A stretch of DNA of 64,000 nucleotides from a virus (lineage: Duplodnaviria; Caudoviricetes): the IMG/VR virus record IMGVR_UViG_3300023172_003539, positions 1-64,000 of that record; one strand, 5' to 3'. Made by a program: the position numbers and the translations under genes. The notes under the pieces are model-generated. The model ran no database searches, had not been told where the DNA came from, and was given only the letters and a program-made list of their open reading frames with translations. This document shows positions 1 to 9,255 of the stretch, piece by piece; within the stretch, counting starts at the first letter, position 1; every line of letters begins with the position of its first letter.

Positions 1-453
1 GTTCTTGCTTATTGTAAACCTGGAAAATCAGCATTGGTCAAAAAAAGATTGCTGGATAAGAACATCGATTTCAAAAAAATATTCTTTAAAACTGATCGAT
101 ATATTGTGGACTCTTCGACTGTTGATTACAGTGTCATCACACCAGACGGAAGCACAAAAAATTTCGAATTAAATGAAATAGTAAATGAGGAAGAAATAAA
201 AATCAGATCAAATTCAACAGTATTAAATTATGGTGATCAAGTCACCGCAGATGATTACGTTTCTTTAAAGTACTTGAGTGCTGACACACAACTGCGATCT
301 GCAGATTTTGAGCCTGATTTTTCATTATTACACGACGGAACAAACAAAAAAACCACAATTAAATTTACCAATCCTCCTTCTCCCGCTACTAAAATAAGAG
401 TCGAGAGAAACGGAGATAAATATCTAGCATTTAAAAGAAAAATAAAGGAATAA
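1..453 (+). CDS. C-terminal part of a large virion structural (baseplate-like) protein, 5'-truncated by window edge
   Basis: Frame is open from base 1 (VLAYCKPGKSALVKK...FKTDRYIVD); precedes another structural-looking gene. Confidence 0.5.
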   Translation, partial: VLAYCKPGKSALVKKRLLDKNIDFKKIFFKTDRYIVDSSTVDYSVITPDGSTKNFELNEIVNEEEIKIRSNSTVLNYGDQVTADDYVSLKYLSADTQLRSADFEPDFSLLHDGTNKKTTIKFTNPPSPATKIRVERNGDKYLAFKRKIKE

Positions 454-454
454 C

Positions 455-1033
455 ATGACAAGTGCAATAGTACCAGGTAACATAGACGGCGCATTTCCAG
501 TAGCAGGTCAGGACAACTCATCACAGGGTTTCCGAGACAATTTCACTGCTATCGTTAATAATTTTACAACTGCCTCTTCAGAAATTACATCATTACAAAA
601 CAATAAAGCATCAACCAATGCCGCAACTGATTTCAATGGCAACACAGTAAGCAATGTGAACTTACAGAATACTAAATTCACTGTGGTCGATCATGGACAG
701 ATAACATCTGGTGCCACTGTTACCCTTAACTATCCGAGCGGTCATTATCAACAAATCACAGGCACACTTGGTGATGTGACTTTGGCATTTACTAATATGC
801 CAGGCACTGGTGCTGGAAGAATGATTTTAGACATGACTTACACAGCAAACTCACATTTGTTGTATCTAACATCCTCGATGTTGGTTGCTGACAATGTCAC
901 AGGTTTCAATGCTTCGACCAATGCAATCACAGTTACCACAGCAGGAAGATATCTTTATGAGTTTATATCAATAGATAATTCCAATGCGATACTGATGCAT
1001 CAACTTGGTAAATTATATACCACAACACCTTAA
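455..1033 (+). CDS. Putative virion structural protein
   Basis: Thr/Asn/Gly-rich beta-type composition; N-terminal FPVAGQDNSSQGFRDNF motif typical of large-phage tail/baseplate proteins; AAGGA SD. Confidence 0.6.
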   Translation: MTSAIVPGNIDGAFPVAGQDNSSQGFRDNFTAIVNNFTTASSEITSLQNNKASTNAATDFNGNTVSNVNLQNTKFTVVDHGQITSGATVTLNYPSGHYQQITGTLGDVTLAFTNMPGTGAGRMILDMTYTANSHLLYLTSSMLVADNVTGFNASTNAITVTTAGRYLYEFISIDNSNAILMHQLGKLYTTTP

Positions 1034-1053
1034 TTAAATTAGAAAGGAGTTAA

Positions 1054-1308
1054 ATGTATTTTCATCCTTTGCAAGAAGAAGTTGGTAATTTATCTGAAGA
1101 AGAAATTTCAAAAAGAATTCAAGAGCTCACTAAAAAATCTGTGAGTGCCAGACGATTCAGTCGTAATCCTGATCTATTAAATCAAATCAATTTTGCTTTG
1201 GAAAGTTATAGGACCGAATTGAGAAATAGAAGAATAAAAAATCTTCAAGACAATTTAAAAAAAGCCAGAAATGAACCAGATCTAGGAGAACTGATCAACA
1301 TCGAATAG
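1054..1308 (+). CDS. Hypothetical coiled-coil protein
   Basis: 84-aa ORF with strong AGGAG SD. Confidence 0.7.
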   Translation: MYFHPLQEEVGNLSEEEISKRIQELTKKSVSARRFSRNPDLLNQINFALESYRTELRNRRIKNLQDNLKKARNEPDLGELINIE

Positions 1309-1320
1309 TAAGTAGTGTTG

Positions 1321-1965
1321 ATGAGAAAAAAATCTTTTAGTTGGTCGACAACTTTCAAATCGATACTTATTGTTGACAATGAATTATTCCATAACACCTA
1401 TGATGTCAAATTATCCATAGAACCCATTACCAAAGACCTTGCAGAACAGAGCAGTTATTTTGAAAGACTGAAATATTTGTACACATATATTTTTGCCAAT
1501 ACTGTGGTCACCTACAGGGAAGAAAACCTATACAGAATATTGGAAACCACCACATCAAATAGATTTATTGAATTACCAAGACCTCCCTATGATCAGGTGA
1601 TGAGTGCTGTGTGTTTTAAAAAATCCAACGCAATATTAGATGGTAAAATTATCGTCAAGAGTGTTGAATTATCCAGTTATCAAGGAGATGGTATCAGTTA
1701 TACTGTTGAGGAGGATTCACCAGAATTGGAACTTTTAAATGTTGACAATTGGTTTTCAAACAAGTATAATAAGTTTAATCCATGGTGGTTGAGAGGAGAT
1801 ACTGCAACATATGACAAAGAACTTGGTAAGGGAATATACACAGGTCATTTCCAATGGGACACCGACACAGTCACCGAAAAGAAACACGAAGATAACACAG
1901 ACCATGCCAAAATTTTTAAGTTTAATCCTAGGATCATAGATGGCGGAAAGAATAAAAATAAATGA
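1321..1965 (+). CDS. Hypothetical protein, possible degenerate QueD/PTPS-like T-fold
   Basis: HNTYDVKLSI...YFERLKYLY...ELPRPPYDQ...IVKSVELSS follows the QueD secondary-structure pattern but lacks CxxxHGH; ATG at 1321 is 6 nt after TAAGTA. Confidence 0.45.
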   Translation: MRKKSFSWSTTFKSILIVDNELFHNTYDVKLSIEPITKDLAEQSSYFERLKYLYTYIFANTVVTYREENLYRILETTTSNRFIELPRPPYDQVMSAVCFKKSNAILDGKIIVKSVELSSYQGDGISYTVEEDSPELELLNVDNWFSNKYNKFNPWWLRGDTATYDKELGKGIYTGHFQWDTDTVTEKKHEDNTDHAKIFKFNPRIIDGGKNKNK

Positions 1966-2464
1966 GTATGGTGATTGTATCTACAGCGAAGAAGAGATCA
2001 TCGAACAACTCTACAGCAATCCCCAATTAAATTTTGATAATCTTTTCATAGAAACAGCCAAGCAATACAACGAATCCCTACAAAAAGTCGGAATCAATTT
2101 ACCATTTTTAAGCGAAGGACCTTCGCATTCAGAGACAGCCACAGAGTTTGATCAAAGAATGCAGAAAAATTGGTTCATGCCTCAAGAATATCATGACATA
2201 GATACGTTGGAATACTTGTTGAACAAATGTCAAAACGAGGAAGAAAAAAACAGAGTGAAGATGGAACACGAATTGTTTGAAAAGAAAAACTTCATAAAAG
2301 TCCTACAATTTTTGATATACTTTATAGATACCCTGAGAAAAAATAACATAGTGTGGGGAGTGGGCAGGGGGTCCAGTGTGGCCAGTTTCTGTTTGTTCCT
2401 GATAGGAGTACACAAGATCAATCCCCTGCTGTACAATTTGGATCACCGTGAATTCCTGCGATGA
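1940..2464 (+). CDS. Stand-alone DNA polymerase III alpha (DnaE)-like palm/NTPase fragment
   Basis: WGVGRGSSVASFCLFLIGVHKINPLLYNLDHREFLR matches the DnaE GxGRGSxxGSLxxYxLGITxxDPxxYxLxFERFL motif; only 174 aa. Confidence 0.85.
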   Translation: MAERIKINEYGDCIYSEEEIIEQLYSNPQLNFDNLFIETAKQYNESLQKVGINLPFLSEGPSHSETATEFDQRMQKNWFMPQEYHDIDTLEYLLNKCQNEEEKNRVKMEHELFEKKNFIKVLQFLIYFIDTLRKNNIVWGVGRGSSVASFCLFLIGVHKINPLLYNLDHREFLR

Positions 2465-2477
2465 TAAGTAGTTTAGT

Positions 2478-2825
2478 ATGACACAGATGTCTTGGGAAAA
2501 AATTAAAAATCAAGACGGTGGTAGGTACACTGTCAAACATCATACATTACCAAAAAATGTAAGTTTGTTTCAAACTACTCCTGAAGGTCTTCCATTACAA
2601 GAAAAAATGGACACCTATAAAAATAGAAAAGTAGTAGAGCACACGTATACTAGAAATGTTATTGATGATAATACTATAGAAATTATTGTTGAGGCTTTTT
2701 GGAAGAATAAAGATGATTATAATGAATTTGAACAGTGGTATAAATCTAACTTTAGAGGTATAGTTGATGAATATAATAAAAAAAATAATATTATACATCA
2801 ATATAAAGTAGAGATAATTAAATAG
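2478..2825 (+). CDS. Hypothetical protein, paralog of the N-terminal domain of 3751..4935
   Basis: Shared TPEG, WKNKDxYNEFExWY and EYxKKxNIIHxYxVE segments. Confidence 0.7.
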   Translation: MTQMSWEKIKNQDGGRYTVKHHTLPKNVSLFQTTPEGLPLQEKMDTYKNRKVVEHTYTRNVIDDNTIEIIVEAFWKNKDDYNEFEQWYKSNFRGIVDEYNKKNNIIHQYKVEIIK

Positions 2826-2835
2826 GAGATAACAT

Positions 2836-3267
2836 ATGGCAAGACAAATACAAAAAAGAATGTATAGAACCATGCAAGGTCGTTTGGTCGACATCGAAAA
2901 ATTGAGAATGTCAAACGAATCAGTTCAGGCAGTTGGTAATATGAATGTCAATGCTCGTGGGGATATAGTAGGAGCAGGTGGTAAAATAGTTACTACAAAA
3001 GAACAGATAATGAAACAATATTATGAAACTCCCAAGGGAAGAGCCAGCGAAGAAACAACAGCATCTGTGCAAAACGATAAATCATTAAAAAAATTACAAA
3101 CACAAAATATTGTTATCGAGCAGGCACCGGAAGCAGTTGAAACTCCAGCACCTAAAACAAAAACTATTAGCACATTCAAACCAAAAGTCAAACAAGAAGA
3201 GAAAAAGATAGAAACTGATAGCCAAGAAAAAACAGGTATAGACGCGGCACTTGACGGAATAGAATAA
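2836..3267 (+). CDS. Hypothetical phage protein
   Basis: AGGAG SD; ordered N-terminus (YRTMQG...AVGNMNVNARGD) and low-complexity C-terminus. Confidence 0.7.
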   Translation: MARQIQKRMYRTMQGRLVDIEKLRMSNESVQAVGNMNVNARGDIVGAGGKIVTTKEQIMKQYYETPKGRASEETTASVQNDKSLKKLQTQNIVIEQAPEAVETPAPKTKTISTFKPKVKQEEKKIETDSQEKTGIDAALDGIE

Positions 3268-3279
3268 TTACTCTATAAT
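3251..3279 (+). promoter_or_regulatory. Sigma70-type promoter (groES)
   Basis: TTGACG-N17-TATAAT; ATG 7 nt downstream. Confidence 0.7.
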
Positions 3280-3286
3280 AAGTCAT

Positions 3287-3694
3287 ATGGATATAAGTTC
3301 AGCACAATCAAAAGGTTTTGGTTCACATGGTGGTTCCAAATATACTTTAAAAGACAGAGACATACAACCCCTTCATAAAAGAGTGCTTGTTTCAGATATG
3401 TTCTTTGGAGAAAAGAAAACCAAAGGTGGTATCATACTGATGGACGACGACGGCACAGAATCCGGAATCCATCCCAGATGGTGTAAAGTATATGCTGTGG
3501 GTCCTAAACAGGATGACGTCAAGGTCGGTCAATGGTTGCTCGTGGCCCATGGTAGATGGAGCAGAGCATTGAAAGTCGTCAAGAACGAGCAAGAGCTCGA
3601 TGTGAGAATGATCGACGAAAATGATATACTTTTAGTTTCCGATGAACAACCAAACAACGACGGCGTGGATCTGAGGGCCGGATACAGCAAATAA
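3287..3694 (+). CDS. groES: Co-chaperonin GroES (Cpn10)
   Basis: IQPLHKRVLV...KTKGGIIL...VYAVGP...VKVGQ...MIDENDILLV. Confidence 0.85.
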   Translation: MDISSAQSKGFGSHGGSKYTLKDRDIQPLHKRVLVSDMFFGEKKTKGGIILMDDDGTESGIHPRWCKVYAVGPKQDDVKVGQWLLVAHGRWSRALKVVKNEQELDVRMIDENDILLVSDEQPNNDGVDLRAGYSK

Positions 3695-3750
3695 AACTTA
3701 CATCACGAGATAAGTAATATACATATATATTAAAATAAGGATTAAAAATT

Positions 3751-4935
3751 ATGCCATGGACAGATGATGAACCAAAAACAATAAATTTAAATCATATTGT
3801 AATTTCCGATCATGACGGTTATAGATGGACAACCAAAAAATTCACAAGACCTCGAGGAACACCGGTGTACGCAATGACCCCGGAAGGAATAGAGATCTAT
3901 AATCATATTGAACGTTACAAGGCATTGGGTCATTTGGAATCCCATGTTGAAATTCGTTCTTTACCCGAAGACAGAGAACAATTTGTTTTAAAAAATACCT
4001 GGAAAAATAAAGATTCGTATAATGAATTTGAAGCATGGTACATGGCACCCGATCCAGAAACAGGTTTGTCTATGCAAGATAAAACCAAAGAATACGAAAA
4101 AAAACATAATATAATACACGAATACAATGTTGAAGCATTGAATTCTTCTTCCACTGTCGATGAACATTTACAAAAAAGTTTTGTTGAAAAAATGGCTTTT
4201 AGAAGAAACATACATTTTTTTGATCAGAAAAAAAATCCTGAAAAAACAGTAATTGAAAAAATTTTAAAAGATTCTTTTCATTATGTTCCGATATTACAAT
4301 GTGTGTATCCTTTTCGTGTCAAAATATGGGGACCTGAATATCATGAAATGAAGAAGCAATTAGTGATTAGAAGTGTTTGCGGACCCAACCAAGAGAATTT
4401 CCGTCGTGGTGGAAAGCACCAGGGGGATTGGAAACTGGCCGAAGAAATATATGATAAATGGATCAATCAATGGATAGATACCGGCGAAGAACAGTACTAT
4501 GACGGTTACTATTTCAATCAACAAATAATGGCTCCCTATTTGATTTCATGGCATCCGATGCCTGATCTGCCTACACAAACACAATTGGACAAGGGTTATG
4601 TTGAATCAAGAACTAGCGGACATATGGAAAAGGTCGGTTGTCGACAACACATACAACAGATGACAATCGGCGTGTCCATGCATGGTTATGGAATGAGTTT
4701 ACTGGCGGCAAATTATGGACTTCATGCTTCTTTTACGAGAAACATAATTGTTGATTTTGATACTCCCGAAACATTACCAGAAATGGTGAAACCAATGTTT
4801 ACATCTCCGGATTCTGATTATCATAGAATTCCTTTCGTAATGGGTATTGGGTATAGAGATCCAAGGTTTACTTATTTTGGTGATTCTAATATGGGTAAAA
4901 AACCAACATTTGACGAAATCAATCTTTGGCAATAA
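3751..4935 (+). CDS. Fusion of an unknown ~130-aa domain and a nitroreductase-like domain
   Basis: RRNIHFFD...IEKILKDS...P...PFRV and AANYGLHAS resemble nitroreductase motifs; N-terminal domain paralogous to 2478..2825. Confidence 0.6.
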   Translation: MPWTDDEPKTINLNHIVISDHDGYRWTTKKFTRPRGTPVYAMTPEGIEIYNHIERYKALGHLESHVEIRSLPEDREQFVLKNTWKNKDSYNEFEAWYMAPDPETGLSMQDKTKEYEKKHNIIHEYNVEALNSSSTVDEHLQKSFVEKMAFRRNIHFFDQKKNPEKTVIEKILKDSFHYVPILQCVYPFRVKIWGPEYHEMKKQLVIRSVCGPNQENFRRGGKHQGDWKLAEEIYDKWINQWIDTGEEQYYDGYYFNQQIMAPYLISWHPMPDLPTQTQLDKGYVESRTSGHMEKVGCRQHIQQMTIGVSMHGYGMSLLAANYGLHASFTRNIIVDFDTPETLPEMVKPMFTSPDSDYHRIPFVMGIGYRDPRFTYFGDSNMGKKPTFDEINLWQ

Positions 4936-4986
4936 CAAATATTTTTCTTTACTTTTATTATTTTAATCTATATAATAGTATAGACA

Positions 4987-5913
4987 ATGAAAGAACTTTG
5001 GACCGAAAAATATAGACCTAAACAACTAAAAGAATATGTTGTCAGAGATGAAAATCAAAGAGAACAAATTCAAAGTTGGATCAAAGACGGAGCCATTCCT
5101 CATTTGTTGTTCTCAGGTGCTCCGGGTACGGGCAAGACCACATTGGCCAAGGTGTTGTTCCAGGAACTAAATGTAGATCCATATGACATACTGGAAATCA
5201 ACGCATCTAGAGAAAATTCAGTAGATACCGTCAGAGATAAAATTATAAACTTTGTACAGATCATGCCATTCGGAGCATACAAGTATGTGTTACTCGATGA
5301 GGCAGACTATATTACTCCCAACGGTCAAGCGGCATTGCGTGGCGTGATGGAGATGTATCATACATCGGCAAGATTTGTTTTGACCTGCAACTATCCCAAC
5401 AGGGTGATCCCGGCGCTACATTCAAGATGCCAAGGATTCCATATAGAGACATTAGACAAAAATGAGTTTACTGCTAGAATAGCCGAGATACTGATCGCAG
5501 AAAAAATTGAACCAAACATTGATTTGATAGACACATATGTCAAGGCCACATATCCCGATATGAGAAAATGTATCAATCTTGTGCAGATGAACTCACGTAA
5601 TGGTGTTTTACACGCACCAGATAAATCTGATAAAGGACAGGCTGATTATCGTTTACAAATGGTTGAATTATTTAAACAAGGAAAAATACTAGAAGCACGA
5701 AAACTAGTTTGCTCTCAGGCAAGACCCGAGGAAGTAGAAGAAATATTTAGATGGCTGTATGACAATCTCGATTTGATTTCAAAAGAAGATGATGGACAAG
5801 ACAAAGCAATATTGGCTATAAAACAAGGTCTCGTGGATCATTCGTTTGTTGCAGATCCAGAAATCAATTTAGCCGCAACAATGATAAAACTAGCGAGGAT
5901 ATCAAATGGGTAG
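4987..5913 (+). CDS. Clamp loader AAA+ subunit (RFC small subunit / T4 gp44-like)
   Basis: WTEKYRP, GAPGTGKT, EINAS, LLDEAD, ALHSRC. Confidence 0.95.
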   Translation: MKELWTEKYRPKQLKEYVVRDENQREQIQSWIKDGAIPHLLFSGAPGTGKTTLAKVLFQELNVDPYDILEINASRENSVDTVRDKIINFVQIMPFGAYKYVLLDEADYITPNGQAALRGVMEMYHTSARFVLTCNYPNRVIPALHSRCQGFHIETLDKNEFTARIAEILIAEKIEPNIDLIDTYVKATYPDMRKCINLVQMNSRNGVLHAPDKSDKGQADYRLQMVELFKQGKILEARKLVCSQARPEEVEEIFRWLYDNLDLISKEDDGQDKAILAIKQGLVDHSFVADPEINLAATMIKLARISNG

Positions 5914-6169
5914 TAAAGGAAATAAAAAACGATTTTTCATTGTAAACTATGTAGAAAAACCGGACGGAAAGTTTGATGAATATGTGGAACTGTCAAAAAA
6001 AAACTTAGGCTCGGGAAAAATAGCACAGTCTAGAGTGATCCTCGATTTGATCAATCAAGAAGTTGTCAAAGTGGATTTACCTAACGTACCCAAAGATTTT
6101 CCATTTGATGCACTTTATCAGCACTATAGAAAATGGTATGCTGACGTCATGGACGAATTTGTAAAATAA
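5906..6169 (+). CDS. Hypothetical protein
   Basis: GAGG SD; overlaps clamp loader stop. Confidence 0.65.
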   Translation: MGSKGNKKRFFIVNYVEKPDGKFDEYVELSKKNLGSGKIAQSRVILDLINQEVVKVDLPNVPKDFPFDALYQHYRKWYADVMDEFVK

Positions 6170-6883
6170 TTACTCTCCGTATATTCCTAACACTTCAGAA
6201 ACTGCCGGATGTCTTTGTATGTCCATTTTGCCTAACTCAACGAATTTAACATATTCCGGATTGAAATATCTTTCATAATGGCTTTTAAAATCAACTAATC
6301 CGTTTCCTATCATCCTGTCCGACTGACGAGTATCTCCAGTTATCACCATTTGTGATCCTCTGCCTAATCTTGTCATTAACATTTTCATTTGAGATGGTGT
6401 AGAATTCTGCATCTCATCACCTATAATAAATGCATCTTTAAATGTTCTACCCCTCATGAAGGCCAATGGAGCAATTTCTATTGTTCCTCGTTGCACCATG
6501 TCTTCAACAGTGTTGGGCATGAAATGATTTTCAAAAACATCTAAAATAGGTTTCATCCATGGTTCCATTTTTCTATTGATATCACCCGGTAAAAATCCTA
6601 TTTCCTCATCCACAGACGATGCTGGTCTTGTAACTATAACTTTGTCAATTTCGCCTTTTTGTAGACGTTCTATAGCACGTTCTGTTGCCAACATTGTTTT
6701 TCCTGTACCTGCAGGACCTAATGCTACAATAATCTTGTTTTGGTAATCGTTTAATATGTTCAAGTAGTTCTGCTGACCCGGTGTTTTAGCGGTAGGTCTA
6801 GCCGCAAGTCTTTTTTCTGCGAGATAGTTCATAAAATTAATTGTGTTTGATTGATGTTTTTGTCTTCGATTTTTTCTTGACAT
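6170..6883 (-). CDS. phoH: PhoH family ATPase
   Basis: GPAGTGKT, IGFLPG, FMRGRTF, DEMQN, TGDTRQSD, QRHP; start moved to MSRKNRR, 10 nt after a minus-strand TAAATA. Confidence 0.95.
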   Translation of the reverse strand: MSRKNRRQKHQSNTINFMNYLAEKRLAARPTAKTPGQQNYLNILNDYQNKIIVALGPAGTGKTMLATERAIERLQKGEIDKVIVTRPASSVDEEIGFLPGDINRKMEPWMKPILDVFENHFMPNTVEDMVQRGTIEIAPLAFMRGRTFKDAFIIGDEMQNSTPSQMKMLMTRLGRGSQMVITGDTRQSDRMIGNGLVDFKSHYERYFNPEYVKFVELGKMDIQRHPAVSEVLGIYGE

Positions 6884-6917
6884 TATGTAAAAGTATTTAC
6901 TCATCACACCAAAGTTT

Positions 6918-6935
6918 GATATATACGTATAAATC
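6918..6935. promoter_or_regulatory. Near-palindrome GATATATACGTATAAATC in divergent promoter region
   Basis: 18-bp inverted repeat with 1 mismatch; core ATATACGTATA also occurs at 52411..52421. Confidence 0.4.
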
Positions 6936-6954
6936 TGCCAACTGCTTTTAAGGC

Positions 6955-6960
6955 TAAATA
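6955..6960 (+). promoter_or_regulatory. T4-like late promoter TAAATA
   Basis: TAAATA 6 nt before ATG 6967; the same arrangement recurs before many genes. Confidence 0.6.
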
Positions 6961-6966
6961 TACAAT

Positions 6967-7437
6967 ATGCATGACGTTTTAGACATAGTACGTAATATAC
7001 AGAATCTTTACGCATTATCTCCTAGTCTGGGTATACTGAAAGATTTCGAAAGAGTGATCGACGAATTAGATGTGTACGTGTTCAAGAATTGGGAGGATGG
7101 CGAATTGTTATCAGGACCCAACGACTCAAGACATTTCGTGACCTGTTCGTTCATGTGGCCAGCAGATAAGATGCCAGACCCATCGGGTGGTAAGAGACTG
7201 TTAGACCACGGCTGTAAAGTCACATTCAAAAAAGACATATTATTCAAACCCAGAGTGATAAAAAAACCTGAGGATTACAGACCAGGAACACAAAAAGGCA
7301 AAATAGACGGACATGACATATGGGTGGTTGAAATCAAAATGCCAAAAGAACTGATTGGAAATTTTAAACACGGACAAGATTTAGAAACCACACCATTAGA
7401 TAACCTAGAAGACAAAAATAACGATGCAACAATTTAA
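6967..7437 (+). CDS. Hypothetical phage protein
   Basis: 156-aa ORF after late promoter. Confidence 0.75.
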   Translation: MHDVLDIVRNIQNLYALSPSLGILKDFERVIDELDVYVFKNWEDGELLSGPNDSRHFVTCSFMWPADKMPDPSGGKRLLDHGCKVTFKKDILFKPRVIKKPEDYRPGTQKGKIDGHDIWVVEIKMPKELIGNFKHGQDLETTPLDNLEDKNNDATI

Positions 7438-8167
7438 CGAAGGATTGAAGGCCGGAGATTTGGACGGAATAATCGCTGATACTTTTTCAGTGGATAGATA
7501 TAAATCCAAGATGGGCGAAGACAGAAATATATGTGTACTCGCTTTTGTTTGCTCAGGAGCCGCTGGTGCAAAAGATCTAGAAAGATTTGCAGAAAAAGGT
7601 TATAAGAAAGTTTTAGATGCGGATGCCACTCCAGGCACAATGTCCGATGGAAAACATAGAGTTTTTATAGAACTTGCTAGGGAAGAAAAATTAGATCAAT
7701 ACATAAGCGAGTTTCTAGACGATCTTAAAAAATTAACTAACATAGATGTTTTTAAATTCACATATCACAAACACGACAAGGTGTTTGTTGCCGATAGGAA
7801 GAATTTGGCCGACGTGTTGCCTAGAACTCCTATAGCCTACACACAAAAACTACAAATGCTACAATTGGGAGAAGTAAAAAACTTCTTCGACAAATTCAAC
7901 ATGATGGAATTTAAAATGGATAATAACATAATATCCATTAAAAAAAATAACACACAACAGGAATTAAAATTTGTACTAGAAAGTTATGGCAAAACAAATC
8001 TAGTACTGAACGAAGTCAAGGCTTTTTTAGTGGATGAAAAATCTATGGCTGAATGTATATTTCTTACCAAATACTTCGGACCATATCATATTACCAAAAC
8101 AATGGAAAATAAATTCATATTTTCTAAGGGTGGAGAATCTGCTGTGGTAAGTAAGTACAAATGGTAA
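7424..8167 (+). CDS. Hypothetical phage protein
   Basis: 247-aa ORF overlapping neighbours in operon fashion. Confidence 0.75.
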   Translation: MQQFNEGLKAGDLDGIIADTFSVDRYKSKMGEDRNICVLAFVCSGAAGAKDLERFAEKGYKKVLDADATPGTMSDGKHRVFIELAREEKLDQYISEFLDDLKKLTNIDVFKFTYHKHDKVFVADRKNLADVLPRTPIAYTQKLQMLQLGEVKNFFDKFNMMEFKMDNNIISIKKNNTQQELKFVLESYGKTNLVLNEVKAFLVDEKSMAECIFLTKYFGPYHITKTMENKFIFSKGGESAVVSKYKW

Positions 8168-8625
8168 GATTATCAACAAATTTCACACTACAAGAATTTA
8201 CAAAGAGCCAAACTGCTCTGAGACAGGGTATAGACAACACACCTGGAGAAGAACATCTGGCAAATGCAAAACAACTTTTTGAAAATGTTGTACAAAAGGT
8301 CAGAGATAATTTTGGAGTCACTGTTATTAATTCAGGTTACAGAGGACCAGCATTGAACGAAGCAGTTGGGGGATCAAGCAAGTCACAGCACTGCAAAGGT
8401 GAAGCGGTGGACATAGAATGTCCAGGCACACCCAACTACGATGTGGCCAAGTGGATCGAGGACAATCTAGACTTCGACCAATTGATATTGGAATTCTACA
8501 CACCAGGCATACCAGATTCGGGTTGGGTACACGTATCGTATAAATCAGAAGGCAATAGAAAACAAAGCCTTACTGCCATGAAAGAAAATGGCAAGACTGT
8601 GTACAAGCCTGGTCTAATACAATAA
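8161..8625 (+). CDS. Peptidase M15 family endolysin (Zn D-Ala-D-Ala/L-Ala-D-Glu peptidase fold)
   Basis: SGYR...N..VGG...SQH..GEAVDI...WVHVS. Confidence 0.9.
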   Translation: MVRLSTNFTLQEFTKSQTALRQGIDNTPGEEHLANAKQLFENVVQKVRDNFGVTVINSGYRGPALNEAVGGSSKSQHCKGEAVDIECPGTPNYDVAKWIEDNLDFDQLILEFYTPGIPDSGWVHVSYKSEGNRKQSLTAMKENGKTVYKPGLIQ

Positions 8626-8636
8626 ATACATACATT

Positions 8637-9113
8637 ATGTTTTCAAGCATTAAAATGGCAATCGCAATACTTCTGATAACCGGCGTAGCGGGTGCAGGAG
8701 TGTACGTGATGAAATTAAGAGCTGACAATGCCACATTGAAGGCCAACCAGATTGTGTTGGAACAAAGTGTTGAGTCACAAAAGAAAGTGTTGGAACAACA
8801 GAAAAAAGACTTCCAAGATATTCTCAAGGCCAACAAAGAGCTGACAGGTTTGATTAACAATCTCAAAAAAGATTTGGAAGATTTGGACAAAAGATTCACA
8901 AAGAAAGATAGAGACATCGGCAAACTGGCCATTGAAAGAACAGGAGCCATTGAAAGAATCATCAACAAAGCCACAGACAAAGCGGCAAGATGTATAGAGA
9001 TAGCCTCAGGTGCTCCTCTCACAGAACAGGAAATTAAAGCCACATTGAAGAGCGAGATAAACACTGAATGCCCTTCGATAGCAAACCCCAACTATGTACC
9101 ACACAATGAATAA
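8637..9113 (+). CDS. Putative inner-membrane spanin (Rz-like)
   Basis: N-terminal TM helix followed by long coiled coil and two Cys; directly downstream of endolysin. Confidence 0.65.
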   Translation: MFSSIKMAIAILLITGVAGAGVYVMKLRADNATLKANQIVLEQSVESQKKVLEQQKKDFQDILKANKELTGLINNLKKDLEDLDKRFTKKDRDIGKLAIERTGAIERIINKATDKAARCIEIASGAPLTEQEIKATLKSEINTECPSIANPNYVPHNE

Positions 9114-9255
9114 ACCAGAAGGATACAACGCAGGCAACTTCCAGGAGTACACTTACGAGTGTGAATGGTTGGAGTGTGACTGGAAAATAGTATATGGTAC
9201 CTTCAACCTAGTGACAGCGTTTTGGTATCCATGGATAAGGATCAATTATGAATAA
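9106..9255 (+). CDS. Small hypothetical protein (49 aa, Trp/Tyr-rich), not in ORF track
   Basis: MNKPEGYNAGNFQEYTYECEWLECDWKIVYGTFNLVTAFWYPWIRINYE; overlaps both neighbours by 8 nt. Confidence 0.5.
   Translation: MNKPEGYNAGNFQEYTYECEWLECDWKIVYGTFNLVTAFWYPWIRINYE

Noticed and set aside
6884-7015. N-terminal extension of PhoH in the ORF track
   Set aside because: It overlaps the divergent gene and promoter region; ATG 6883 follows a TAAATA box and gives a normal PhoH
8570-9091. 173-aa minus-strand ORF
   Set aside because: Antisense shadow of the spanin-like gene, with no motifs
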